NCBI RefSeq assembly: GCF_006345805.1 | Contig: NC_043012.1 | Location: forward strand, 53,568,001 to 53,632,000 | Source of the DNA: Octopus sinensis | Lineage: Eukaryota | DNA length: 64,000 nt | Direction of reading: 5' to 3' | Part shown: positions 40,741-54,437 of the stretch, piece by piece | How positions within the stretch are numbered: the first letter of the stretch is position 1 | Layout of the letters: each line of letters begins with the position of its first letter | The notes under the pieces: model-generated | Told to the model about the DNA's origin: nothing | The model's input: the letters and a program-made list of their open reading frames with translations, nothing else | The model's database searches: none | Translations under genes and position numbers: made by a program

Positions 40741-41606
40741 ATGCAGAGTAACAGCATCGGCCACGTTCATCCGAATGGACTACACCAGTTCCCGCTGTGG
40801 TCGCTCTGAAATCCTACTGCACCCAAAATTTAAATGAACGAAGGAAAAATAATACAGTATCCAACGCTGCTTTGCTGTATTCCATTCACAAAACTTCTGC
40901 ACGTTATGGTATATTGCGTGATATTCCAGATGAGAGCATCGAAGTTTACCTGATTTATCAGGATATGTCGTCCAGCATGTGTCATTTAAGTAAAGTTACG
41001 GTTAAAGTGTTCTAGAGTCACGCTGGACCGAAACCTAGATTAATGAGAACTTGGACGAAGTGATGAAGGGTATGGTCAATCTCACAAAGAAATAAAATGA
41101 AAAGTAGCTATCATTTGAAAAGTGCCTTCCATAGTTATTGGGACGAGGTGATGACCTGTTTGGTCAATCTCAATGTGAAACTACCCGAGAGAAAACTATC
41201 TCAGCTGACTTGATCTGAAGAATAGCACAACGGGAACAGAAATTTACGCTCATTTCATTTATCATGCACTAGATAAAAATTGTAAGGAGTTTTAATATGA
41301 CACAATTAGCAGTGAAAGGGTATTGTTGATTATAAACGAGAATATAATATCCGTCTGCCAAAATTCAGAAAGCCCTTTTAATTGGTTAGTCCATTTCACA
41401 CAATGATGAGCATACGTCTGTAGAAAGTGGGACCACCTCTCAGCAGACATTGTGTCTCGCTATGGTTCTAAATATAAAATTATATTTTCATCGGCTGAGA
41501 CAAGAAGGTCGTATGATTTACTTAATCTGGTGATTGTATGTATGTGTGTGCGAGTGTGTGTATACATATATGTATACATATATACATATATATAATTCAT
41601 AACTAA

Positions 41607-42123
41607 GGGCAAACGAAAAAATTTCTAATGCCAAACATGCCAAAAAATTGGACATATTGTCCATTAACCATATAATTTTTTCACAATATGCACGCTACTC
41701 GAAAAAAGGTCGACCGAAATTTCTAAAAAATTCCATTATTACCATATCGGACCGATTTCAGGGTTAGCTCAGTGATAAATGTGGCAAAAGAAATAAATGA
41801 GATGCTTACTCATACCCATGGAAGAAGCAAACACTAAGTCATGAGCACAATTAAGTACCCCAATTACATCCAAAATAGAAATACTCCAGCCCATTCGAGA
41901 CACATGCGATTTGAACTGAGGCCCTCACAGAGTGAGATAGTCCGGAAGTGAACGCTTAAATTTATATCTAAAATCGGTCCGATATGGTAATAATGGAATT
42001 TTTTAGAAATTTCGGTCGACCTTTTTTCGAGTAGCGTGCATATTGTAAAACAAATTATATTGTTAATGGACAATATGTCCACTTTTTCGGCATATTTGGC
42101 ATTAGAAATTTTTTCGTTTGCAC
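41607..42123. mobile_element. MITE with ~150-bp TIRs, possibly PIF/Harbinger type
   Basis: TIRs 41607-41758 and 41971-42123. Termini GGGC.../...GCAC, flanked by TAA and TGA. The Harbinger assignment rests only on the GGG end and TAA-like flank. Confidence 0.7.
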
Positions 42124-42239
42124 TGATTTATGAATTGTTTATAAATTTAACATTTAAAGGTATTTTTTTAATATGCTGGCCATTGATAAAATTTGTTTTT
42201 TCGAAAAAACTTTTATCCTACACTAGACATATATATATA

Positions 42240-42314
<75 letters not shown>

Positions 42315-42319
42315 GTAGG

Positions 42320-42496
42320 TGGAGGAGTGGGTGTGTGGTAAGTAGCTTGCTTACCAACCACGTGGTTCCGTGTTCAGTCACACTGCGTATCAACTTGGGC
42401 AGGTATCTTCTACTATAGCCTCTGGCCGACTAAAGCCTTGTGAGTAGATTGGGTAGACGGAAACTGAAAGAAGCCCGTCGTATATATGTATGTATG

Positions 42497-42538
<42 letters not shown>

Positions 42539-42745
42539 AGATGTATGTGTATATGTTTGTGTGTCTGTGTTTGTTCCCCAACATCGCTTGACATGTTAAC
42601 GTCCCCCGTAACTTAGCGGTTCGGCAAAAGAGACCGATAGACTAAGTACTAGGCTTACAACGAATAAGTCCTGGCGCTCCAGGCGGTGCTCCAGCATGGC
42701 CACAGTCACATGACTGAAACAAGTAAAAGAGTAAAAGAATAAAAG
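42320..42745 (+). mobile_element. tRNA-derived SINE family A with tail module
   Basis: Same head, core and tail as 5746-6133. Confidence 0.8.
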
Positions 42746-43177
42746 AGTATATGTATGCATGTATGTATACACACACTCGCACACACATACAATCAGCAGA
42801 TTAAGTAAATCTTACGATTTACTGGTCTCAGCCGATGAAAATATATATTTCATATTAAGACACATAGCGAGATACAATGACTGCTGAGAGGTGCTCCCAC
42901 TTTCTACAGATGCATGCACGTCATTGGGTGAAAAGGACTAACCAATTAAAAGGGCTTTCTGAATTTAGGCAGACGGATATAGTATTCTCGTTTAAAATCA
43001 ACAATACCCTTTCACTGCTAATTGTGTCACATTAATACTCCTTAAACTTTTTATCTAGCGTATGATAAATGAAATGAGCGTAAATTTCTGTTCCCGTTGT
43101 GCTATTCTTCAGATCAAGTCAGCTGAAATATATATATATCTATATGTATACATATGCATACTTATATGTATATATAT

Positions 43178-43254
<77 letters not shown>

Positions 43255-43438
43255 ATAGAGGGCATTATTACACATAAATGCATCACACTAAGAGGGACAA
43301 AGTCATTACTACCAAAATTACACTAATCATACCTAAATGCAGGTAAACTTCTTTTATGAGGTTTTTCACGCTAACTACCTGATAATTTCTTGTTAAGATT
43401 CCTTATTAAGAAGTTATCCTTAATTGTTAAACTTATAT

Positions 43439-43551
<113 letters not shown>

Positions 43552-43989
43552 CATGTGTGTAAATATAACTGCATATACGTGTATATATTGTATATATATA
43601 TACACACACATATATACACATGCATACACATGCGTAGATGTATATATATATATATCTAATGAATGCATTCATTCATTATATATATATTATATAAGTTATA
43701 TACATATCTATGAATAATATATATTATATATGATATGTGTGTGTATGTAGATATTATTGATATATATATATATATTCTATTTCTATTATTATTTATCGAT
43801 TTCTTTACTTACCTTATTAGTCTTTTTTACAACACATATAAAACTTGATAACTAAATCAAAATATTGTTTGAGCAACATCTTTGATAATGCGTCCTTTTT
43901 CCTCTTTATTTAGCATTATAAAACATTGTTTTTTTCTTTGTCCTTCCCTTCTCCTTTTTTCTTCTTCTTCTTCTTTATCTTCCTCTTCA

Positions 43990-44041
<52 letters not shown>

Positions 44042-44048
44042 ATTATTA

Positions 44049-44099
<51 letters not shown>

Positions 44100-44101
44100 G
44101 A

Positions 44102-44476
44102 AGGCGGCGAGCTGGCAGAAAAGTTAGCAGTATTTCGCCTGCCATTACGTTCTAAGTTCAAATTCCGCCGATGTCGACTTTGCCTTTCATCCTTTCGTGG
44201 TCGATAAATTAAGTACCAGTTACGCACTGGGGTCGATGTAATCGATTTAATTCGTTTGCCTGTCCTTGTTTGTCCCCTCTATATTTAGCCCCTTGTGGGT
44301 AATAAAGAAACAGGTATTTCGTCTGTGTTTACGATCCGAGTTCAAATTCCGCCGAAGTCGACTTTGCTTTCATTCTTTCGGGGTCAATAAATTAAGTACA
44401 AGTTGTGTACTGGTGTCGATCTAATCGATTGACGCCCTTTCCCAAAATTTCAGGCCTTGTGTTTAGAGAAGAAAGG
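44102..44476 (+). mobile_element. SINE family B, dimeric
   Basis: AGGCGGCGAGCTGGCAGAA head. The GTTCAAATTCCGCCGA.GTCGACTTTGC.TTTCAT core occurs twice. Confidence 0.8.
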
Positions 44477-44498
44477 ATTATTATTATTATTATTATTA

Positions 44499-44529
<31 letters not shown>

Positions 44530-45080
44530 GAGTGAAAGAGCAGTGCATGCAATCAAAGTGACACTGGGGTAAAATATACAAAACCAAGTATACCCATCAT
44601 GATTACCCGTCTGATAAGGGTACACTAGACATATGCATCACAACCACATGTGCGCGATATGGTGATCTCATATCAAGACAAACTGCGCATGACCTTACGG
44701 GTGGGGCCCAGTTATAATTTTCTTCTGGTCGAGTAACACATTCTCAAAAGATCCCTGAATAAGGGTTGTTTAAGGATGTTGAGCGAAACACACGAGATTC
44801 CAAAAGTAAATTATTCAAACCCAAAAGAATCCCTTTCAACACATGGCCATGATGCTCCCCCACTACTTCTGCTCGTGAGCAGAGATTCACATATCGTCAG
44901 CCACTAAGGGACATGCTCAACTGGTTAAGGTCAAACAAATGACAAGCAAATCTGTGCTATTGAGCAGAATATTTGCTGTAGTCCATCTTTTATACCAAGA
45001 CAAAACAATGTACATGATAACACTTCCAATCAGTTAAGATCAGAAGCCATGAGAGCCACTGCCTGGTACTGCATCAGGGC
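44530..45080. mobile_element. ~550-bp non-coding interspersed element embedded in (ATT)n
   Basis: Flanked by (ATT)n on both sides; a partial reverse copy lies at ~34670-34820. Orientation not determined. Confidence 0.6.
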
Positions 45081-45580
45081 ATTATTATTATTATTATTAT
45101 TATTATATATTATTATTATTATAATTACTACAACTACTACTACTACTACTACTACTATAATAATAATAATAATAATAATAATAATTATTATTATTATTAT
45201 TATTATTATTGTTATTGTTATTTTTATTATTATTATTATCATTATTATTATTATTATTATTATTATTTTTGGTATTATTATTATAATCATTATTATTATT
45301 ATTACTACTACAACTATCATAATAATAATAATGATAATAATAATTATTATTATTATCATTATTATTATTGTTATTGTTATTGTTATTATTATTAATATTA
45401 TTATTATAATTGTTATTTTTGTTATCATTATTATTATTATTACTACTACTACTACTAATATTATAATAATAATAATTATTATTATTATTGTTGTTATTTT
45501 TATTGTTATTATTATTATTATAATTGTTATTTTTATTATTGTTATTTTTGTTATTATTATTATCATTATTATTATTATTA

Positions 45581-46929
45581 CTGTTATCTTTTTTTCTTCT
45601 TCTTTCAAATTTGCTTCCATTTCTTGCCGTGTGTCATCCCGACTCCTAGGGCAAAGAAACTCATAATATACATTTGTAGGCCATTAAACTAAACTCACTA
45701 GTTCGTTCATTTTTTTTTAAAGTTAAATTAAAATACATGGGTAGTAATAGTTCTCACATCGACAATGCTCTTCTCAATACGTGTGATGTACCAGTTAAGA
45801 CAATCTTTTTCACTTCTTGCAGGGATGGTAAGCCAGGGATCATTCTCATATAATTTTCGGTTCCCTTCTTGATCATTCCTAGTGCTCCTACGATCACTTG
45901 TATTGTAACCGCCTTGAGATGCCACATTTTCTCAATTTCAATGAGCAGGTCTTTATATTTTCTGAGCTTGTCAAACTCCATCGCCGAGATATTATGATTT
46001 ACATGGGATGCTCATGTCGATCAATAAGCAAACTTTATTGTTTTGGTCTTTCACAACAATATCCGGTTTATTGGCTTTGATGGTTCGGTCTGTATGTACT
46101 GGAAAGTCCCACAGAATCGTTACATTTTCTCCTTCAGTTACAGCTTCAGGGTGGTGATTATACCACTTGTCGACAGTTTTGATATTGTAATGCCGACTTA
46201 TTAGCCAGTGTAGATATTGGCCAACTCTGTCATGTCTTAATTTATACTCAACTGGTGCTAAGACTTTACATCCAGAGATTAGGTGGTCTACTGTTTCAAT
46301 CATGTCGTTGCAGAATCGGCATTTTGGGTCTTCTCCATTTTTCATCACATTGGCCTGGTAGTTCCGGGTTAATAGGCTTTGATCTTGAGCAGCCAGGATG
46401 AAACCTTCGCTCTCTGCTTTTAGCCCTGAGCTCCGTAGCCACTGATGGGTTTGCTTCTGGTCAACATCAGCTTGTTTGCTACGGGCCACATATTTGCCGT
46501 GCAGAGGATTATCCTCCCACCTATCAGCCTATTGCTCGTGCGCTTTTTTCGTTGCCATTATTTTCACCTTCTTTGCAACAATAGTTGCCGTACTTCCCTC
46601 GGATTGTTCAGTTTGGGTATCCTGCACGAGATCAATAGCAAATTTTTTGCTTTCCTTTATGATAGAATGAAGCTTCTTTCGTCTCTCGTGATTTTCCACG
46701 AGCTTTAGCATCCAGTCATTCGTTATTTCAAGATATTTGGAAGGTCCAATTGTGGTTGCTTTGTAATCTAGTTCAAATTGGATCAGGCCTTGACCTCTTT
46801 GGGCTCTGGGGAGGTAAAGGCGATCTACGTCTGCCTTTGGGTGGTGCATCCTATTACAACTCAGCAGATTGCGTATTTTCCTATCTATATTCTTTACTTC
46901 ACTCATATTCCAGTTCAACACATTGTAGC

Positions 46930-46930
<1 letters not shown>
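45581..46930 (-). mobile_element. 5'-truncated R4/Dong-clade non-LTR retrotransposon (RLE domain)
   Basis: RLYLPRAQRGQGL, CRFCNDMIETVDHLISGC, RHD, NKPDIVV, LIDMSIP and KYKDL. (AAT)n on both sides. Confidence 0.88.
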
Positions 46931-46984
<54 letters not shown>

Positions 46985-46987
<3 letters not shown>

Positions 46988-47957
46988 TAGTTTTATTTTT
47001 ATAGCGTGCTTTCACTTCACTACCGAGCGCAGCTCTGTGTGCCTTGGGTATGTGCTGTGATTTTTTGTGATGCTCTGATGGTTAATGTATTGAAAGTGTT
47101 CTGCGTAGGATGTGTGCAGTGCCCAGTAGTGCAATTTTCTGTATGTTATATGTGTTTGTAAGTCCTGGTGTTTTTGTTATGTATTTGTCTGAATCTTTTT
47201 CTATCATACCTAATACACCTACTATGATAGGAATTGTTTCTGTGTTTAGATTCCACATTCTAGTTACCTCTATTTCCAGGTCTTTGTATTTTGAAAGTTT
47301 CTCCATTTCTTTTAGAGACACGTTGTCATCTGCTGGTATTGATACATCAATTAGAAAGCATTTTTTTTCTTCATGATCTCTGACAACTATATCTGGCCTG
47401 TTGGCCTTAATTTCTCTATCTGTGTGTATTGGCATATCCCAGGTTGCTTTCTTGTTTTCTGTGACCTTATCTGGTGTGTGCTTATACCATCTGTTTTCTA
47501 TTGTTATTCCATAATGTTGGCAAAGCTTCCAGTGTATGTAGGTCCCAACTTTGTCGCGTCTGTGAATATATTCCTTCTTAGCCAACATTGGGCAGCTAGA
47601 AATAATATGATTTATTGTTTCTTGTCCATCTCCACATATTCTGCAGTTATTTGCTATATTTCTTTTCATTACATGTTTTTGGTAATTTCTGGTGGGGAGG
47701 CTTTGGTCTTGTGCTGCAATTAAAAATCCCTCTGTCTCTGCTTTGAGTCCTGAGCTTCTCAACCATTGCTGGGATTTCTCTTTGTCTATTTCTTTTGCAC
47801 TTAGTTTAGTCCAGTATTTACCATGAAGGGGCTTTTCTTGCCATCGTTTTATTATGGTCCTTTGCTGTTCCAGTTTTAGTTTGGATTTCATTTGCTTTAT
47901 AGCTTTTGTCGTGTCTTCTTTTTCTTCTTCTTTTTCTTCTTCTTCTTTTCCTCTTCT

Positions 47958-48004
<47 letters not shown>

Positions 48005-51000
48005 TTCTTCTTCTTCTTCTTCTCCTCCTCCTCCTTCTTCTTCTTCTTCTTCTTCTTCTTCTTCTTCTTCTTCTTCTTCTTCTTCTTTTTCTTTTTCTTT
48101 TTCTTCGTCTTCTTCATATTTGTTAGGTGGTATGATTTCTTGTTTGTATTTGTCAGCGCTTCCTTAAGTACTGAGAACAGTTTTTTGTTTTGCTCGTGTT
48201 TTGCTCGCTATTTGTATCAGTTTTCCTTGCTTCTGAAGTAGATATTTTTGCAGTGCTATGGTGGTTACTTTATAATAGTTTTCCAACTGTATAAGGCCTC
48301 TACCACCTTCTATACGTTGTATATATAGCCTTTCTATGTCAGATTTTGAATGATGATTCTGTCCTAGATTCTGTCATTATTTTTCTTGTTTTCCGGTCTA
48401 TTTTGGTTAGTTCATTTAGTGTCCAGTTAAGGAAATTGTAGCTGTAACTTATAACTGAGACGGCTAAAGTGTTAATACTTATTATATTGTTTTTAGCATT
48501 GAACTCTGTTTTCAGCATTGATCTAACTCGTCTATAGTATTCTTTCTTTATTTTCTCTTTCATTTGTGTGTGTTGTGTCTTATCTAGTTCATGGATTCCT
48601 AAGTATTTGTATGTCTGGCTTTTGTCTGGCTTTTGTCTGGCTTTGGTCTAATTCTCTTATTTCATTGGCTTTATCTAGTATGATGGTGCTACTCTTAACT
48701 AGTTTTCCCCTTTTCAGCGTTGCTTTGGCCCATTTTTCAACTCCAAATTTTAAATCTATTTCTTTGGTAATTCCATGTACTGTCTATAGTAGTGTTTCCC
48801 CACTGTTTATCATTTGTAGCGTATAGTTAGTTTTATGTCATCCATACGTAAAAGGTGGCTGATTGTTTTGCCGTAACATTTGTATCCGCTTCCAGTTCTA
48901 TTTAGCATATCAGATAGAGGTGACAGTGCCAAGCAGAAAAGGAGTGGAGAGAACGTGTCTCCCTGGAATATTCCACTACTAATGGGGATGGCTTTGGTTT
49001 TCACGAGTCCCTCTTTTGTTTGGAGCTGTAGCACTGTCTGCCACTAATTCATAGAGTGTCTTATGTATTTTATAATTTGTGGTGCTACTTTGTTAATGGC
49101 TAGCGTATCAAGGATCCACGTTTGGGGAATACTATCAAAAGCCTTTCGGTAGTCAATCCAGGCCATACTGAGGCCTTTCTTCTTTCTGCGCCTGTCTTTA
49201 GTTATGGCTTTGTTTATCATTAGTTGATCTTTATAGCCGTAAGAGCCCTTGCAACATCGCTGCTGCCCTTCTGGAAACAGGTTGTTTTCTTCCAGATGCT
49301 TGCTTAATTTCTGCGATAGTACCGCAGTAAAGGCTTTGTACATTGTAGGGAGACAGGTTATAGGTCTGTAATTTTGTGGTTTAGCCATTTCAGTGGATTT
49401 GTGAATTAGGATATTTTCCCCTTTCGTGAGCCATTCAGGCATTGTCTCTGGCTCTGCTATTATGCCGTTAAAGTTTTCAGCCAGCTTTTTGTGTATTACT
49501 GTCAAATATTTTAACCAGAAGTTGGAGATATTTTGCCCAGGTGACTTCCAGTTGCTTAGTCTTGCAGTGCCCGGGAGACCTCTTCGGTTGTTATAGGGGT
49601 CCAGAGTTGCTCAGGTGCTAAGTCTGTTGTTTTAATAGTCCTTTTCTGAGGATGTTCATTCGCCGACCATATTTCTTTCCAAAATTCTTCCACTTTTTCT
49701 GCTGTTGGTGCTGCAGTGATGTCTTTTATTTTTGCCAAGTTCTTCGTAGAATTTTGGGGTGTTGGAGTTGAACTGTTTGTTTTGTTCAAAGAAACGTTGG
49801 CGTTTCTCATACCGGCGGATCCTTTGTGCTTTGTCAAGGATATCCTGCTTTAGCTTTCCTTTTATCTCAGGTAAATCTTTTTTTTCTGTGGTGTTGTATT
49901 TGCGCAGTATTTGTGTTTTTTCTTGTTTCTTAGTAGTGTTGATTCTCTACTAATTTCGTTAAGAATCGACATATCTATCTTCTTTTGTTTTTGGATATTA
50001 TTTATCCACAGGGTTTGTTTGGGTAGTGGTATTCCTGTTTGATGGGTTTGAGGGAGTATCGAGCTTCTTTTGTGGCTGCAATGGCTGTTGCATATATTAT
50101 GTCATTTAGTTCAGTGATATTGCCATTTGTTTCAGTGGCTATTAGTTCCGTGACGGCCAGGTATATGCTATTTATTATTTATGTTGTTGTTTTCTTTTTG
50201 TCTATTTTGGTTTTTGGGAGGTATAGTCGGTGGTCCATTCTGAGATCTGTGGTTTTCAGTTCTTTGATTATTCTCATTTTTATAGTATCATAATCATTAG
50301 GTTCCCATTCACTGTGTCCAGGTTTTAGATTTGTTTCGCCTTCTTTCTCATTCATATGTTTGTCTGTGGTATTCTGGATTGGTGCTTTTTGTACATTATT
50401 ATACATCGCTACGGTCTGGGTTTGTTGTTTTTTGTTTACTTCGTTTTTGTTGGAAATGTTACGTCTGTCTTCGTGTTTTACTATCTCAGTGTTTATATTA
50501 TTTAGCATTATTGTGTGGTTACCATCTACATTTTCCTGATGTATTTTTCCTTTTATATGTTCTATTTCTATTTCGGATTTTTTTTACTTTGAGAATATAT
50601 CTTCGTAGGTTAGCTAGTTTATTAGGGTTCATTGCTGTATCCAAGTCTTTATTTAGGTTATTTTTCTTCCATATTTTACATGTATATGTTGTTGTGTTTT
50701 TGTTCTTGGGTAGAGCACCGCTATAAAATAAGCGTGTAGGATTGAAATATATTCCTCACGTGTCCATTATGTCTTTTTGGTTTTATTTGCGGGACATGAG
50801 GAACCATGTCCGGCCCTTTATTTTGACGGTCATCACTTTCGTAGGGTACCGGTCCGTTCATTTCCGTTGTCAAATTGTTTTGCACGTGTAGTTTTTCGTA
50901 CTTTTGTGTAACAAGTTTTAAGTACGCAGCCCCCGATTGTTATTCTTGGGTTGAATAATACCGATATTATTTAATTTATTTGTAATTTTTCTGTACATGG

Positions 51001-51100
51001 TGCTTGGGGCCGGAGATGGTCCGGTGTTGATGGATCGTCATGTATCAAGCGTGTTTACAAGTTCTGTGCGAGCAATGGAGATGATATCCAGTTAAAATAC
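46985..51100 (-). mobile_element. Near-full-length decayed R4/Dong-clade retrotransposon (RT + RLE)
   Basis: RT motifs RPITCLPTMYK, DYRKAFDSIP, GIFQGDTFSPLLF, HLLRMDDIK. RLE motifs CRICG..ETINHIISSC, NRPDIVV, KYKDL. 3' end abuts (AAT)n; interrupted by (TTC)n at ~47905-48118. The 5' boundary is approximate. Confidence 0.9.
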
Positions 51101-51361
51101 TTCATTTCATTTGGGAAATAGAAATAAATTTCAATGGGTATAGTCCAACCCCTTATCAGCTAATTTTGGCTCCATGCGATGTTTTTATTACCGATGTTGC
51201 AAGTTAACAGCAACCCCCAAATTACTGGCCTTGTGCCTAAATTTTGAATCAGAAGTAGTGGTGGTGGAGGTGGTGTCGACATCCCCGTCTTCGTTCATCG
51301 CATCATCATTCTTTCCATTATTATTATCATCATCATCAGTCCTGTATTATTATAATTATTG

Positions 51362-51531
51362 TAGGAGTAGCTGTGTGGTAAGTAGCTTGCTTATGAACCA
51401 CATAGTTTCGGTTTCAATCCCACTACATGGCACCTTGGGCAAGTGTCTTCTACTATAGCCTCGGGCTGACCCAAAGCCTTGTGAGTGGATTTGTTAGACG
51501 GAAACTGAAAGAAGCCCGTCGTATATATGTA

Positions 51532-51568
<37 letters not shown>

Positions 51569-51868
51569 CTCTATCTCTCTATCATTCTCTCTATCTCTCT
51601 CTCTATATATATATATGTGTGTGAGTGTGTGTGTGTATGTATGTACGCGTGTATATGTTTGTGTGTCTGTGTTTGTTCCCCAACATCGCTTGACAAACAA
51701 TGCTAGTGTGTTTACGTCCCCGTAACTTAGCGGTTCGGTAAAGAGAGACCGATAGAATAAGTACTAGGCTGACAAAGAATAATTCCTGGGGTCGATTTGC
51801 TCGATTAAGGCGGTGCTCCAGCATGGCCACAGTCAAATAACTGAAACAAGTAAAAGAGTAAAAGAGTA
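51362..51868 (+). mobile_element. tRNA-derived SINE family A with tail module
   Basis: Same structure as 5746-6133; internal (TATC)n/(TA)n/(TG)n. Confidence 0.8.
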
Positions 51869-53099
51869 TCATTATTATTATTATTATTATTATTATTGAT
51901 TTTAATTATTATCATCATCATCATCATCAGACCTTCATAGTGTGTGAGGTGATTTTATTTGTACGGAATGGCATGACACATTGTTCCGTTGCAGTAATAT
52001 GAACATACATAATGAAATAATTAAACAAAAAAAATAAAATTTAAAAAGTAAAGAAGGAAACCTGAACACTTCAAAAGTGGTCTGATTCTAAAAGGGTTAG
52101 TAATTTAAAACTGAATCAGGATCTGCGAGTCTGTAAGCTGCAGCGCCATCGTTAGACCCTCTTGTGAGTGTGTGAATTATGATGGGAAGACTGTGCGCAG
52201 ACATGTGTGTGTTGGTGAAATGTGTGCGTCACCGTGTCTGCGACGGTGTGTAGTGTTTGGTTTTAATTTGCCTGTATAACAGCATGTGCGCTTATACGTG
52301 CCTGTGTATGTCCTGAGTAGGATATATGTGTGTGTATGTATGTATGTGGGATTGCGTGGGTAATGTATTTGCGAATGTGTCTCCTTAAAGCATGACGATG
52401 TAGATATATAGATACATATCAAGAGAGAGAGAGAGGAATAGAGAGAGAGAGAAAGAGAGAGAGAGTAATGTGTGTGCTTCTGTGTATGTGTTCTGCGTGT
52501 TTTTGTGTATATCTGTTCTCAGTAGAAAAAAAAAGGCGTGCTGCGTGTGTCTCCTCTGTATCCTTTATACTCGTACGCATATATCCGTCAACATGCCCGC
52601 GTATATATGTGTGAATACATACATACGTACATACATACATATATGTATATACATTTGCATGTTTCTGTGTGTGTATGTATATATGTTTATTAGGATGTAT
52701 GTGACAATGTATGCTTAATCAAATATAAGTGTATATGTGCGTTTAATAAAATATATGTGTGTGTCCTTAATGAAATGAATGCGTTTTTATTTAATTTATA
52801 CTGTCTGCAGGAAGGAGTGACTGGAAACACCATTACACGTGAGAAACCTTGTATAAAAGGGAGAAACTTGAATGAACTATATCAGTTCGACTTTATTCTC
52901 CCTTTCGGTAGCCTGACATAAAACAACTAAAGAAGCTAATGATGAAGTTGTATCTTAGCATCTTGTTTTTGTTTTATCTAATGAATGCAAAGGTTAGTCT
53001 ATATTTTATTCAGCACCATAAACTTACTCATCTCTCTCTCTCTCTCTTTCTCTTTCTATCTATCTATCTATCTACCTATCTATCTTTCTATCTATCTAT

Positions 53100-53144
<45 letters not shown>

Positions 53145-53170
53145 CTATATATATATAATATATATAATAT

Positions 53171-53201
<31 letters not shown>

Positions 53202-53295
53202 TCATATATGTATACATATGTATATACATATATAGTTATATATATATACACACACACACATATATATACATATATATATATATATACATACACAC

Positions 53296-53343
<48 letters not shown>

Positions 53344-53427
53344 AACGAAGTTTAATGCAGGCATAGTTCAAATTATATATATGTATATATGTATATACAA
53401 CACACATATATATACATATATATATAT

Positions 53428-53503
<76 letters not shown>

Positions 53504-53578
53504 AATATTAGGGAATGAATCCAAAATTACAGGGAAAAATCAGATTTAGGGTTAAATCCTATTTTATAGTAAAATATT

Positions 53579-53889
53579 ATATAATATAATTCGAGACAAA
53601 ACCACTATTTTAAAACCAAACAAGAAAAGACTTAATCAATACATAAAATTTTAATATAAATTAAATAAACCGCCACAACAATTGTTTCATGTCCGCTACC
53701 GACAATCTTCAGGTGGATTTTCGATCTTCTAATCAGTATCTTAGAAGATCGAAAATCCACCTGAAGATTGTCGGTAGCGGACATGAAACAATTGTTGTGG
53801 CGGTTTATTTAATTTATATTAAAATTTTATGTATTGATTAAGTCTTTTCTTGTTTGGTTTTAAAATAGTGGTTTTGTCTCGAATTATAT

Positions 53890-53894
<5 letters not shown>
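53579..53894. repeat. Perfect 154-bp-arm palindrome with 8-nt spacer, carrying two hammerhead motifs
   Basis: Arms 53579-53732 and 53741-53894, spacer tcagtatc. Motifs at 53673-53716 (-) and 53757-53800 (+). Confidence 0.92.
53757..53800 (+). ncRNA. Minimal type I hammerhead motif (mirror copy 53673-53716 on -)
   Basis: CCAC-CUGAAGA-U-UGUC-GGUAGCG-GACA-U-GAAA-CAAUUG-UU-GUGG. Perfect stem I, palindromic ACAAUUGU stem III, U.U at 10.1/11.1. Confidence 0.6.
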
Positions 53895-53926
<32 letters not shown>

Positions 53927-54121
53927 CGAAGTTTAATGCAGGCATAGTTCAAATTAAACTGCATTTATTTATTTATATATTATACAAAAAATTTCACGTA
54001 AACCCCAAGTTTCTACCTTTGAAAACAGGGACTTACCTCTTTACTTGTGTGATTTTTGCTACCCTGGTAACTATTTATCTATTTTTTCTGTGTTGATTGT
54101 TAACAAGGGAAAAATACACTC

Positions 54122-54178
<57 letters not shown>

Positions 54179-54399
54179 CATACACCAACCCTATACATAC
54201 ACACGTCCAGGCCTGTCCTACGCACTAATAGCCGGTCATTCAACCCTATTATCAACCCTATTATCTCCCCTTATTTCGCTCTCGCGTCTCATGTTTGATC
54301 TTTGACCTCTGGCCGAAATCAGATCGCCATGTTGATTCGTTAGTTACTGCACGCATTTTTTTTCTCTCCTTCTTTCTGTGCTTTTTTTCTCTCTGTGTA

Positions 54400-54437
54400 T
54401 CTTTCTGTTGAAGAGCGTAGGCTCGAAACGTTAAAGA
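54400..54437 (+). ncRNA. Hammerhead-like motif with U at core position 6
   Basis: UCUUU-CUGUUGA-A-GAGC-GUAG-GCUC-GAAA-CG-UU-AAAGA. Second copy at 56650-56687. Confidence 0.5.

Larger units (their letters stand above)
41201..43126. repeat. ~380-bp inverted repeat pair (41201-41582 and 42748-43126) enclosing a MITE and a SINE
   Basis: tcagctgacttgatctgaagaatagcacaacggg... is matched in reverse complement at 43126 and aligns with scattered substitutions. Confidence 0.85.

Noticed and set aside
41210-41250. CUGAAGA...GAAA in the large IR arms
   Set aside because: No stem II or stem I pairing.
45020-45080. Possible HDV-like ribozyme at the end of the 550-bp element
   Set aside because: I could not build the P1/P2/P3/P4 double pseudoknot by eye.
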